Below are positions 38,019 through 48,106 of a stretch of 64,000 nucleotides of DNA, one piece after another. Every line of letters begins with the position of its first letter. The first letter of the stretch is position 1. Under the pieces are notes generated by a model. That model was not told the DNA's origin and did not search any database. It saw only the letters and a program-made list of their open reading frames with translations. Made by a program: the position numbers and the translations under genes. The stretch spans positions 6,989,162 through 7,053,161 of the forward strand of contig OZ242214.1 in NCBI GenBank assembly GCA_965206595.1. Direction: 5' to 3'. Source of the DNA: Candidatus Latescibacterota bacterium (lineage in GTDB: Bacteria; Latescibacterota; UBA2968; UBA8231).

Positions 38019-39578
38019 CTATCCTCCCGCCCCTGCCCACTCCGGCAGCACCCCGGGTTCGATCCCGAACAGGAGCGGGCCCATGGCGCGGAAAACCAGG
38101 GTGATGACGACGGCGCCGACAAGGTTGAGGACGATGCCGACCCGCGCCATCTCCGCGACCTTGACGCGGTCGCTGCCGAAGACCACGGCGTTGGGGGGCG
38201 TGGCCACCGGCATCATGAAGGCGCACGAGGCGGACAGCGTCGCCGGGATCATCAGCAGCAGCGGGTGAACGCCGGCGGACACGGAGACGGCCGCGAAGAT
38301 GGGGAGCACCATCTCGGTGGTGGCCGTGTTCGAGGTGAGCTCCGTGAGGAAGGTGATCGTCAGGCAGATGACGAAGATGAGGACCAAAGGCGGAACCGAG
38401 CCGAGCCCGCTGAAGCCGTCGCCGATGAAGCGGGCGAGTCCGGTGGTCTGGAAGCCGTGGGCGAGGGCGAAGCCTCCCCCGAACAGCAGCACGATGTTCC
38501 AGGGCAGCCCGCGCACCACGTCCGGCCCCATCACCATCCGGGACTTCGCGCCGGGAGACCGGGCCGGAACCAGGAAGAGGAGACTGGCCATGGCGATCGC
38601 CACGGTGCCGTCGTCGATGAGGTTGCCGTAGGGCAAGAGGGTGGACCAGCCGGGTATCGTCAGCCCTCCGATCTCGATCGGCGCGCGGAAGACCCAGAGC
38701 AGGGCGGTCGCGGCGAACACCGCGAGGATCACCCGTTCCTCGAAGGAGATGGGGCCGAGCTTCCGGGTCTCCGACTCGAGGACCTCCCGGTCGACGGCGA
38801 CCTCGGCCGGTATGCGGAAGAAAACCTGCGTGATCAGCAGCCAGGCGGAGGCGAGCATGAGCAAGGAGATGGGGGCGGCCATGACGAACCACACCCCGAA
38901 CGATAGGTGCGGCGCCTCCGGGAAAGTGATCTGGAAGATCCGCTCCAGGGAGAGGTTCGGCGGCGTGCCCACCAGGGTGGCGATGCCCCCGGCGGAGCAG
39001 GCGTAGGCGATCCCGAGCATGACGGCCACGGAGAAGGCGCGCGTCCGCTCCCGCCCGAACTGCTCCTCCATTCTCAGGATCACCGCGAGGCCGACCGGAA
39101 TCATCATGATCGCCGTGGCCGTGTTCGAGATCCACATCGACAGGAAGGCCGCGGCGAGCATGAACCCGAGCACGATCCGCGCCGGCCCCCCGCCCACCGA
39201 GCGGATGACCCAGAGGGCGATGCGGCGGTGGACGTCCCACTTCTCCATGGTCAGGGCGACCATGAAGCCGCCGAGGAAGAGGACGATGGTGCTGTTGAAG
39301 TAGACCGGCGCCGTGGCGCGGGTCTGCTCGATCCCGAGAAGCGGATACAGGAGCAGCGGCAGCAGCGCGGTCGCGAACAGCGGGATGGCGTCGGTGATCC
39401 ACCAGGTGGCCATGAGCAGGGCCACCGCGGCCATGCGCGTGATCTCCGGCCTGCCGGGCTCGAGGTCGAGCAGCAGGGTGAGCGCGAACAGCAGGGGGCC
39501 AAGCCACAGGCCGATGCGCTGGCCGCGCGACCGGGTTTCGGCGGTGGGCGGAGTGGTGTGATCGGGTGGAGTGGTCAT
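38019..39578 (-). CDS. SLC13/DASS sodium:dicarboxylate/sulfate symporter
   Basis: SMWISNTAT, GTPPN, LTSNTAT, AFMMPVATPPNA; many TM helices. Confidence 0.92.
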   Translation of the reverse strand: MTTPPDHTTPPTAETRSRGQRIGLWLGPLLFALTLLLDLEPGRPEITRMAAVALLMATWWITDAIPLFATALLPLLLYPLLGIEQTRATAPVYFNSTIVLFLGGFMVALTMEKWDVHRRIALWVIRSVGGGPARIVLGFMLAAAFLSMWISNTATAIMMIPVGLAVILRMEEQFGRERTRAFSVAVMLGIAYACSAGGIATLVGTPPNLSLERIFQITFPEAPHLSFGVWFVMAAPISLLMLASAWLLITQVFFRIPAEVAVDREVLESETRKLGPISFEERVILAVFAATALLWVFRAPIEIGGLTIPGWSTLLPYGNLIDDGTVAIAMASLLFLVPARSPGAKSRMVMGPDVVRGLPWNIVLLFGGGFALAHGFQTTGLARFIGDGFSGLGSVPPLVLIFVICLTITFLTELTSNTATTEMVLPIFAAVSVSAGVHPLLLMIPATLSASCAFMMPVATPPNAVVFGSDRVKVAEMARVGIVLNLVGAVVITLVFRAMGPLLFGIEPGVLPEWAGAGG

Positions 39579-39659
39579 GGGGCCGCCGCCTGAAGTAGAT
39601 CTTTTCCCAGGATCGGTTCCAATGCGATCCGGTTCGGCTTCACCTCGAGTTCCGTTGTG

Positions 39660-39843
39660 AGAATGTTTTTCGATGTTTGAACCCTCAAGGTCGGATCGCT
39701 GAATCCAGCCGAGGTCTCTCTCCTCAGTCCAGTATATCCCCCCGGGGTCCGGCTGACCGTGGCTGGCTCCCTGTGGGCCAAGGACCAAGAACGCCGCTGC
39801 TAAATGGGAAGCGTGGCCTTTGGGGTGCGATTCGGTTATTCAT
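39660..39843 (-). pseudogene. Remnant of a secreted LDL-receptor class B (YWTD-like) repeat protein
   Basis: GGIYWTE...IQRSDLEGSNIE preceded by a frameshifted signal-like segment. Confidence 0.45.
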
Positions 39844-40779
39844 CAGGTGCACCACCTCACCGGAATGGCTACTTGAGGTAGAGCAGCCGCCGTGTCTCCG
39901 CACCCCCGCGATAGTTAAGGCGAGCCAGATAAACGCCGGCCGACACTACGGCGCCCTCCTGGTCGCGGGCGTCCCAGAGAACCTGGAAAAAACCGGCGGG
40001 TTGGGCTTCGTCTACCAGCGTCCGCACCCGCTGGCCGAGGGTATTGTAGATCTCCAGACGCACCGGGCCGGGGGTGGCCATACGGTAGGAAATCCGAGTG
40101 GTGGTGTTGAAGGGATTGGGCGCAATCGCATCCAGGCCGCTGACGAAAGGCACCGCTGGTTCTACGGCAGATACGACCGTAACATCAGAAGGATCCGTGA
40201 TGAAGGGCGACATGTCCCACAAACGGATGCCATCGTTACTCGCACTGGCTAGAAAAGTCCCGTCCGGTGAAAACGCTATCGAATGGATATTACTCTCAGT
40301 CAGAGAGTCCTCCAGGGTGGCCTTGTGTTGACCGGTTTCCGCATCCCACAAGCGGATTATCGTGTTCCCCGGGGGCGGATCAGGGATGTTAGTAATACTT
40401 TCGTACCCTATGACCAATCGCCAAGGTGAGGCCATCCGGAGAGAAGGCCACGTGCCCCGTCTCCCGAAGGGTGATCTGCTGGTCACTGTCCCGATCCCAC
40501 AACCGGGTTCCGTAGTCCAATTCCAATCCCCAGGCGAACTTGCTGCCATCCAGAGAAAACGAGACGGTACCGACCCCTATGGGGATTTCAATGATTGACT
40601 CCCTCGTAGAAACCCGGTTTCCGCGGGTAAGAATTGGCACCCAAAGCTAAAGTTTTCAACTATGAAACGAATCCGGAATGCGCTGCCATGAAGCTGCCTT
40701 CGGGCGCTATCGGCGCAGGGGCTCGATCCAAGACTTCAAGGGCCTTTTTCGGCGCCGAAAGGGACCTCTGCCCCCCTTT

Positions 40780-42414
40780 TCAGCCCATCGCCGGACTCAT
40801 GGCTCCGGGTTTGGGCGCAAGCGCCCGCAGCATTCTCTTGATATTGCAGGCCAGGGCTTTCAGGTAGACGGCCAGCTCCACGCGCCAGCGTCCGCGCACA
40901 CGCAGGGCGCCCAGCCCGTGTCTTCGTTTCAGTTCCGAGACCGTGGCCTCGATGCCGGCGCGAATGCGATAGCGCTCCCGGAAGGCGCCGCTGGCGATGG
41001 CGCGACGGCGACGTTCGAGGTTGACGGCTTTCAGGTCCACGGTCACGGCGTAGCCGTCCCGGGTCCTGTTCCGTTTCACCGGACAGACGGAAAGCAGGGC
41101 GCAGGTCTCACAGCCCTCGCGCTCGAAGGTCAGGGCCACATGATGGGACTTCTTCTCACACGGCGTTTGCTCTCTAGCCAAGTGTCCGGCCGGGCAGATG
41201 GCCGGATCCCGGAGACGGGCCTCGACGAGGAAGTCGGCCTCGGTCACCGTTTCGGGCCGCTCCTCGACGTCCACCTGCGGGCCTTTGACCGGGCTGACCA
41301 ACTCGGTGCCGAGGCGTTCGGCGTGGATGGCATGGTCGCCGGAGCCGAAGGCGGTGTCGGCGACCAGCTCGTCGGGTCGTTGCCCGCGCTCTTCGAGGGC
41401 CTCCAGCACCGGCATCGTCGCGTGCTCGTCACTGGCGCAGGCAGCGGTCACCGCTACGTGGGTGATCCTGTTCACGGTGTCAGTCTGGTCGTCGTCGGCC
41501 TGGTCGTCGTCGGCCTGGTCGTCGTCGGCCTCGACGCAGGTCTCGGCGATCTGCACCTCATACCCTTTGCCCTTGCGGGCGTTGTAGGTGGCCTCGGCAT
41601 CATGAGGGCTTTGCAGCGAGTCGCTGCCGACGTGCTCAGGCGCCTTCAGCGCCACCGGCACGCCGCCTTCGCCGGCGTCGTCGTCCTCGGTCGAGGGGCG
41701 TTGCTTGTCCGCGATCACCTCACACTGCTCCCACAGCAGGCGCTGCAGCAGCGCGTAGGATGCCAGGCCCTCGGCCGCGGTGCCCGCACACAGCTGATGG
41801 AGACGATACAGATCGCGCGCGCACACCGGCAGCCGCCTCTTGCCCGTGCCGGAGGGCGCGTCCTGGTAGGCCGTGGCGCTGCCGTCCTCCTTCAGGTAGC
41901 GCTCGCGCAGGCGCTTCGGCACCCGCCCGTACAGGCGTGGATGCTCCGCGGCCAGGGTTTTCAGAAAGTGACGGAGGGTCTCACACAACAGCCCCAGACG
42001 CGACAACACCGCGATGTTGCTGAGCACATGGGTGGAGTCCAGACGTTGCCGGGTGACCTTCGTACCCAGCGCTTGGAGAATGCGATCCGTGGTCGCCTCG
42101 AAGGCCTGCCGGCCGCGGTCATGGGCCAGCAAGCCAGCGCGGAAGTTGTGCAGCGTCAGCAAGACCGTCGCCACCGGCTGGTTGGGACGACCGTTGTCGT
42201 CGCAATACAAGGACGCAAACTGCGCTTCATCGATCAGCGGCAAGGCACGCGTGCGAAAGGTCTCCGCCCAGCTCGCCTGCAGGCGCCGCCGCTTGGCCGC
42301 AGGCACCAGGTTGCGGCTCTCGAACAGGGTGCGTTGCGAATCCTTCTTACGAAACATCAGCCCCATCCAGTAAAGAGGAAGTGTGTGACGGATTGGTATA
42401 ACCCAATATACCAA
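40780..42414 (-). CDS. Transposase (DUF772/DDE_Tnp_1_6-like), possibly with an internal N-terminal deletion
   Basis: GRPN, RLDSTH, QSPHDAEATY, ADTAFG, YRIRAGIEATVSELKR. Confidence 0.8.
   Translation of the reverse strand: MVYWVIPIRHTLPLYWMGLMFRKKDSQRTLFESRNLVPAAKRRRLQASWAETFRTRALPLIDEAQFASLYCDDNGRPNQPVATVLLTLHNFRAGLLAHDRGRQAFEATTDRILQALGTKVTRQRLDSTHVLSNIAVLSRLGLLCETLRHFLKTLAAEHPRLYGRVPKRLRERYLKEDGSATAYQDAPSGTGKRRLPVCARDLYRLHQLCAGTAAEGLASYALLQRLLWEQCEVIADKQRPSTEDDDAGEGGVPVALKAPEHVGSDSLQSPHDAEATYNARKGKGYEVQIAETCVEADDDQADDDQADDDQTDTVNRITHVAVTAACASDEHATMPVLEALEERGQRPDELVADTAFGSGDHAIHAERLGTELVSPVKGPQVDVEERPETVTEADFLVEARLRDPAICPAGHLAREQTPCEKKSHHVALTFEREGCETCALLSVCPVKRNRTRDGYAVTVDLKAVNLERRRRAIASGAFRERYRIRAGIEATVSELKRRHGLGALRVRGRWRVELAVYLKALACNIKRMLRALAPKPGAMSPAMG
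41486..41530. repeat. 15-bp tandem repeat x3 (encodes ADDDQ) in transposase
   Basis: CTGGTCGTCGTCGGC repeated. Confidence 0.8.
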
Positions 42415-43350
42415 GAATCCCTGATTATCGGGGCTGTGAGAGGGGGGTTTTTACGAGAGAATCAATGATTGGTTCAATGTCCGTCCTCTTCGGTGCACCG
42501 CCATCCGGTACAAGATTCCCATCCGGGACCCTTTGGAGCCCCTCAGGGCCAATTTCATAAAGGCGAAGCCCACCTCCGTTAATCCCACAGGCCAGTGTTT
42601 TGCCATCCGGAGAAAACGCCAGGGAACTGCAACCCCTACCGTGGAAATCAACGCTGGTTTCGAGTTGGCCCGTTCCCACATCCCACAGCCCAATCTTGCC
42701 GTGAAAAGTTCCACTGGCCAAGGTGCGGCCATCCTGGGAAAACGCCAGGGAGATGATCCAATAAGAAATATCAACATGATGAAGTGTAAGGCGGGTTCCG
42801 GGTTGGCCCGTTCTCATATCCCACAGCCGAATCGTGTCGTCGTTACTTCCACTGGCCAGGGTATGGCCATCCGGAGAAAAGGCCACCGCACCGACCCCAC
42901 CCGTATGGCCTTCCAGGGTGGCCTGGAGGGTGCCGGTGCGGACATCCCATAGCCGAACTGTGCTGTCCGCACCGCTACTGGCCAGGGTGTTCCCATCCGG
43001 TGAAAACGTCAGGAACCAAACGAAACGTGACAGCTCACCGATGCGCCTCCAGGATGTCCACTTGACAACCGAATCGTCGTCCATCTCCTGGCAAGGACAG
43101 GGAGGCGGGTCGGGTAGGGTGGGCGTCCAGGGCCCTGGAGAGAACACGTCATAGTCGACCGGTTCCAGAAGAAAGTCCGAAATCGAGGCCGAAGTTTTCC
43201 ACTGATCGTATTCCTCGCTCTCGCTGCAATAAAACCAGTTCGTTAACCCCTTATCGTCATCGTTGACGTATATCCATCCCAGGCCGATGATGTGGCCCTC
43301 TTCGAGATCGGTTTGAACGGAGGCGTCCGGGTCGTTCCAGATAAAATCGT

Positions 43351-44204
43351 GAACCTATCTCAAAACAGGCAAACTTAAACTTGTTTTCGAAATGACAGTG
43401 ATGTACCATTGGTGTATGGTCAACCTGACCGACATGCAATGGCAACGAATCCGGCATCACTTTCCTGAAGAACTTCGTCCCAAGAGCCATCCGGGTCGCA
43501 AACCGGTTTGCACCCGTGATGTTTTTGAAGCCGTCCTTTGGATTCTAAACACCGGGGCTCAATGGCCTATGTTGCCGCCGTGCTATCCGAACTACAAAAC
43601 CGTGCATCGCCGTTTTCAAAACGGGTGTCGTCAAGGGGTGGTACGCGAAGTTCTCATGGACCTGGCCCAGACCCTTCACGAGCAAGGGGGCCTGGACGAA
43701 TCGGAGGCTTTCATCGACGGCCTGTTCTCGGCGGCCAAGGGTGGAGGTGCCGATATCGGCCACACCAAGCGAGGTAAGGGGGTGCGGGTCATGGGGATCG
43801 TCGACGGCAATGGGCTTCCCTTGTCGGTGAGCACGCATGCAGCGAACCATCATGAAGTGACGCTGGTTCAGTTGACCTTTGACTTTTACCTGATCGAAGA
43901 CCAACCTGACAACTTGATCGGCGACAAAGCGTACGACAGCGATTCGTTGGATGAAGAACGTAAGAAAGACGGGATCGAGATGATCGCCCCGCATCGCCAG
44001 AATCGGACCAAGAAAAAGACTCAGGACGGACGGCGATTGCGGCGTTATGTGCGGCGTTGGATGGTTGAGAGATTCTTTGCTTGGCTTCAATGGCAGCGTC
44101 GAGTGATCACTCGCTGGGAATTGTATCCGGAGAATTTTCTTGGCTTCGTCCAACTTGCATCCATTTTGATTTTACTTAAACAATTTCAATTTTGAGATAG
44201 GTTC
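43351..44204 (+). mobile_element. IS5-family element copy 3 (transposase ~43416-44195)
   Basis: Same IRs; near-identical to copy 2, inverted. Confidence 0.9.
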
Positions 44205-44247
44205 GTGGCAGATTGGGGCCGGGGGCGGAATGGTAGCAGGTTAAGTT

Positions 44248-45740
44248 TTACGAAGGGTGGGGTGGGTTGGAGGCAGCAGCGAGGGCGCCGGCTGTTGCGG
44301 CACCGCAGCCTGACAGGCCCCCCTGAGATAGTCGAGGACGTTGCGCTGTTGCTGGCGCAGGGTATCGCGCACCGTGAGCAGACGCTCTACAAAACGGCTG
44401 CCTCCGGCACTGTGGGTGCCGATTGGGGGTAAAAAAGCACTCCATTATGGATTCCGGTATCCGTGCTTTTTTACCCCCAAAAGCTGGTGTGACGCCACAG
44501 CACGCCATGACGAAGGGCTCGTTCGGCTTCGTTGTTGGTCGGCTCGACGCCTTGTGTGCGCACGAAGGTCCACCGGGCCGGCCCGAGGTCTCGGAGGTTG
44601 GCGCAGGTGGCCGCCGTCTTGGCGTCGGCGAACTGCTGACCATACCCCAAGTAGTTTATGAAACCGCCCACGCAAGCCGCTGACGTAGACCTGGAAGCCG
44701 GACCGTTGCAAGGTGCCGTCGCGGACGCGGTGCCACCAGCCAAACACCTGGTCGCTGGAATCCAACAGCCGTTGCCCGACCCAGGCGGCCTCTCCTCCCC
44801 GGGCCACGAACTCCTCGAAGGTGCGCCGCAGATGCGCCCAGCAGACGTGCCGGCGTCGAAGCGGCAGATGCCCATAGGCCGAATAGCGATCGGAGCCGAC
44901 CACCGCCCGGGTATCGGCCCCCAGCACCTCATCGACCCCGTCCCGTCCCCGGCCTTTTCGAATGGCGAACACGGTGACGCCCTCCGTCACTGCGGTCCAC
45001 AACCAGGCCTTGGCGCGGCGCTGCCGCCAGCCGGTCTCGTCGACGTTGACTATGGGCTGTCGGCGAACAAAGGCGCGCGCCTCCTCGACCGCACCCGCCA
45101 GGGCCGCGGCCACCTCCTGTTGCAGTCGGCTGACCGTGCCCAGCGACACCTCAAGCCCGAAGGCGTCGGACAACAGCGACTGAATGTTGCGCTTGCTCAT
45201 CCGGTAGGCCCCGGCCAACAGGCCGACCCAGGCCTGCACGCTGGGGCCGAAGGTGTGCCGCGACACGCCCTCGGGCCAACCGGCTTCGGTCAGGCGGTCG
45301 CAGTGAGCGCAGCGCAGGGTGTGCAACTGATACTCGATGACCTCGGCGCGCAGCGCAGGGAGGACGACTTCCTGGTGACGCTGCGGATGAGGATCGTCTC
45401 CCGTCAACGGGTGCCCGCATCCGTGGCACTGGCTGGGCTTGACCGGGATCCGTTCGTCCACCTGCTCGACGGTTACCCACGAGCGGCCGGGTCCTTCGTG
45501 CCCGGGCTGTGCGCCCGGCGAGCGCCCCGAGGATCGGCGTCGCGAGGCATCGGTGCGCGGCGAAGAGGAAGCGCCCGATTCCGAGGAGGCGGCTCCCCGG
45601 CGGGATCGTCCCTTGCGGCGGGCCAATTCCTGCTCCAGCTCGGCGAGGCGCGCCGTCAGTTGTTCCACGATCTGCTCGAGCTGGGCAATACGCTTGCGCA
45701 AGTCGCTTGCGGAAATCGCACTCTCAGGAGGTCTTTTCAT
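44248..45740 (-). pseudogene. IS66 transposase with frameshift (~44647) and hairpin insertion
   Basis: Coiled coil, PGAQPGHEG, C..CG, VDETGW, VCWAHL.R, PTNNEAERALR, GSRFVERLLTV. Confidence 0.85.
44423..44480. mobile_element. 58-bp insertion with perfect 18-bp terminal inverted repeats (micro-MITE-like)
   Basis: TTGGGGGTAAAAAAGCAC-22 nt-GTGCTTTTTTACCCCCAA interrupting ...RHTSF|GTHS... Confidence 0.75.
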
Positions 45741-45894
45741 GGGGGTCGCCGTATCCGGAAAAATCAAAAACACACACCCAATCCCGAAGATACCGACGGA
45801 CCTGAAAACACGCTAGGTATTTTTTTAGATGCTCAAACTACAACCGCAGGGGACTGAACGGTTACGTTCGCCAGAAGTGAAGCTACCCCCGATT

Positions 45895-45966
45895 TCAATG
45901 TCCGCGCTTCACCGCGTCGCTTCACCGCGTCAATGTCCGCGCTTCACCGCGTCGCTTCACCGCGTC
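45895..45966. repeat. 35-bp tandem duplication with internal CGCTTCACCGCGT sub-repeats
   Basis: TCAATGTCCGCGCTTCACCGCGTCGCTTCACCGCG x2. Confidence 0.8.
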
Positions 45967-46672
45967 CATGAGCGCCCGTATGTAGCCCATGGCGTAGGAG
46001 CGGGTGCGGAACTGACGGGTGTCGTCTTCCTTCAGGCGGGGAACGTGGTCTTCGACGATCGGGGCGTCGACACCCGACTCGTGGAACGCCTTCATCGCTT
46101 CCATCATGTCGAGGTGGCCCTCGCCGATGAAGGTTTCCGAGAACTTCGGGACCGGGCCGGTCACGCTCCGGAAGTGGATGTGGAAGATCTTGCCGCGGCT
46201 GCCGAAGTAGCGGATGGCGTCGAGCACGTTCTCCGGCATGGCGCCGAACGTCCCGGTGCAGAAGGTCAGGCCGTTGCAGTCGCTCGGCACGATCTCGATG
46301 AACCGCCGCAACGCCGCGTGGCTGCGGAAGACCCTGGCGACCCCGGCGATGGGCGAGATAGGAGGGTCGTCCGGATGCAGCCATCCTGCCAGCCTCCCCC
46401 ATGTTGCGGATCGTCCTGCACCAGTTTTCGATCTGCTCTTCCCTGCCCGGCAGCCCGAGCTTGATTTTGAAGGTCAGCTCCTCGGGCAGCCCGCTGATGA
46501 CCGACAGTTTCAGGCCCGCCTCCTCGACCCTTTCGCGAAGACGCGCGAGGTCTTCCAGGGTGTAGTAGCCCTTGTCCGCCGGCAGGGTGCCGCCGCCGAC
46601 CGCGTCGGTGGCCCCCACCTGATGGGCGAGCCGGAAGCCCTCGTCGGTCGTGCCGGAAATCGCCAGTCTCAA
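45922..46672 (-). pseudogene. uxuA: Mannonate dehydratase (UxuA family) with internal deletion/frameshift at ~46385
   Basis: IKLGLPGREEQIE..IRNMGEAG joined directly to LHPDDPP; NGLTFCTG; HFRSV; EDHVP. Confidence 0.75.
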
Positions 46673-46810
46673 TTCCAGGCTCCTTTTTGGTTCAAGGATT
46701 GGGTTGGCAGGCCCTATTTTTGACCTGACTTTCGCAACAACAAAGGCAATCGGCAGATGGGGCACTAATCGTCGACATTGACGAGAGGGAGCAGGTTAAC
46801 AGGCGATACG

Positions 46811-47578
46811 ATGGGACTTTCACAGGCACAGATAGAGCAGTTCCGGGAGGATGGGGTTCTCGTCGTCGAAGGTTTGCTGGACGAGGATGAGGTCGCCGTC
46901 CTCAGGGAACGCGCCGAGTGGGTGGCGCGCGGGGAGGCCTCCCACATATCAGACCAGCATATCCAGGTCGAGCCGGCGGTAGCGGCTTGCGAAGCAGAGG
47001 CGGACAGCCGCGCCGGGTCGCTGCGCAAGCTCATGCACCTCGCCTTCGTCGACGAGGTCTTCGAGGCGCACGCACGCAACCCCGGGATTCTCGACTGCAT
47101 CGAGGGGCTGCTCGGTCCCGAGGTCAAGCTGTACCAGGACCAGCTGTTCATGAAGCCGGCCCGGATCGGGTCGAGGCAGCCGTACCACCAGGACCAGCCG
47201 CTCGGGTTCCACATCGAGCCGGCTTCCGAGCTGGTCGCCTGCTGGGCCGCCCTCGACGATTCCACCGTCGACAACGGCTGTCTCTGGGTCGTGCCGAGCA
47301 CCCACAAACGGGGTGTGCTCGAAGACCGGGAGCGCGCCGAAATCGAAGCGCAGTCCCTGGCCGGCAAGCTGCCCCGGGAGCGCCCGATCGAGCTCGAACC
47401 GGGCGATTGCAGCTTCCACCACGGCCACGTCCTCCACTCGAGTCGGGCCAATGTCAGCGGCCGGCGCCGGCGCGGCTACGCCACGCATTACGTGAGCGCT
47501 CATTGCCGCTACACGGGTCCCGAAGGAAAGAACGACGCCCTGCTGGTGCGGGGCCAGTCGATTCCGGGCTGTATCTGA
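46811..47578 (+). CDS. PhyH family Fe/2OG dioxygenase
   Basis: QFREDG, PYHQD, ALDDSTVDNGCLWVVPSTH, LHSSRAN. Confidence 0.9.
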   Translation: MGLSQAQIEQFREDGVLVVEGLLDEDEVAVLRERAEWVARGEASHISDQHIQVEPAVAACEAEADSRAGSLRKLMHLAFVDEVFEAHARNPGILDCIEGLLGPEVKLYQDQLFMKPARIGSRQPYHQDQPLGFHIEPASELVACWAALDDSTVDNGCLWVVPSTHKRGVLEDRERAEIEAQSLAGKLPRERPIELEPGDCSFHHGHVLHSSRANVSGRRRRGYATHYVSAHCRYTGPEGKNDALLVRGQSIPGCI

Positions 47579-47679
47579 GGGCGGCGTTCATGCGCCAGGG
47601 ACGGGATCGCCGGGTGCGGACATCATGCGGCCGGCCATCACATCGCCCTGTTCCCCAGGGCATCGCACCCATCCTCAGA

Positions 47680-47870
47680 TCCATGTTCGTCGCCAACTCT
47701 CCCGGGGCCACGGCGTGGATGCGAATGTTGAGGGGCGAAGTTGCTCGCGGGCGACCAGGACCAGCCCTCGGACCCCCCCTTTACTAGATCCGTACGGAAG
47801 GGAAGTACTGCCGCCCAAAACTCCCGCGCCGGAGTGATCGTGACTTTCGTCTTGCGCGCGGGGCGCTCCG
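47680..47870 (-). pseudogene. Degenerate copy of SDR segment (52757-52909) fused to cupin 3' end (53392-53425)
   Basis: Direct nucleotide similarity, many synonymous changes plus indels. Confidence 0.75.
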
Positions 47871-47909
47871 CCTTGAGGTGTATCCCGTCAACTGGACACA
47901 AATTGGGCT

Positions 47910-48015
47910 TGCATATGCTACAAGGGCGCCAAGGACCACTCCTGCCGCGGCGGGCTAAGCTGGCCCGCGAGCTGCGCGCCACCCTCGGCGACGACTTCAT
48001 CCTCCTGCACGACCA
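47910..48015 (+). pseudogene. Possible short enolase-superfamily remnant
   Basis: CYKGAKD..LARELRATLGDDFILLHD resembles TYKGGKYD..REVRDAVGPDYQLLND of 2269-3429. Confidence 0.35.
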
Positions 48016-48106
48016 GATGGAGCGGGATGCGGTGGTGGTGGCGGTGTGAGGGAGGGCGCCAGGTGGGACCACCATACGGCCCTGCGCCAGGCGCCCCGGC
48101 TCCTGC

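Larger units (their letters stand above)
40597..42463 (-). mobile_element. IS element (IS5/IS1182-like DDE) with 18-bp imperfect IRs and 7-bp TSD AATGATT
   Basis: GACTCCCTCGTAGAAACC ... GGTTTTTACGAGAGAATC; AATGATT at 40590-40596 and 42464-42470. Confidence 0.85.
39869..43350 (-). pseudogene. Secreted CBM9-like + WD40-repeat + FlgD/T9SS-A-like CTD protein, split by an IS, frameshifted (~40420), 5'-cut by IS5
   Basis: Removing 40597-42463 rejoins DIEPII-EIPIGV in frame; FSPDG..LAS...RLWD repeats; PNPFN...WDARDQEG..SAGVYLARL. Confidence 0.8.
44205..45865 (-). mobile_element. IS66-family (single-ORF type) element; downstream end lost at IS5
   Basis: Terminus GTAACCGTTCAGTCCCC on - strand at 45865. 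Confidence 0.8.

Noticed and set aside
39579-39788. N-terminal extension of the DASS transporter
   Set aside because: In-frame by chance with a YWTD-like remnant; the transporter plausibly starts at 39578
24850-44204. IS5 copies 2 and 3 as ends of one 19-kb composite transposon
   Set aside because: Inverted and near-identical, but outer flanks show no convincing TSD; cannot be supported from sequence alone
45895-45966. CRISPR-like repeats
   Set aside because: Head-to-tail duplication without spacers; no cas genes in the window
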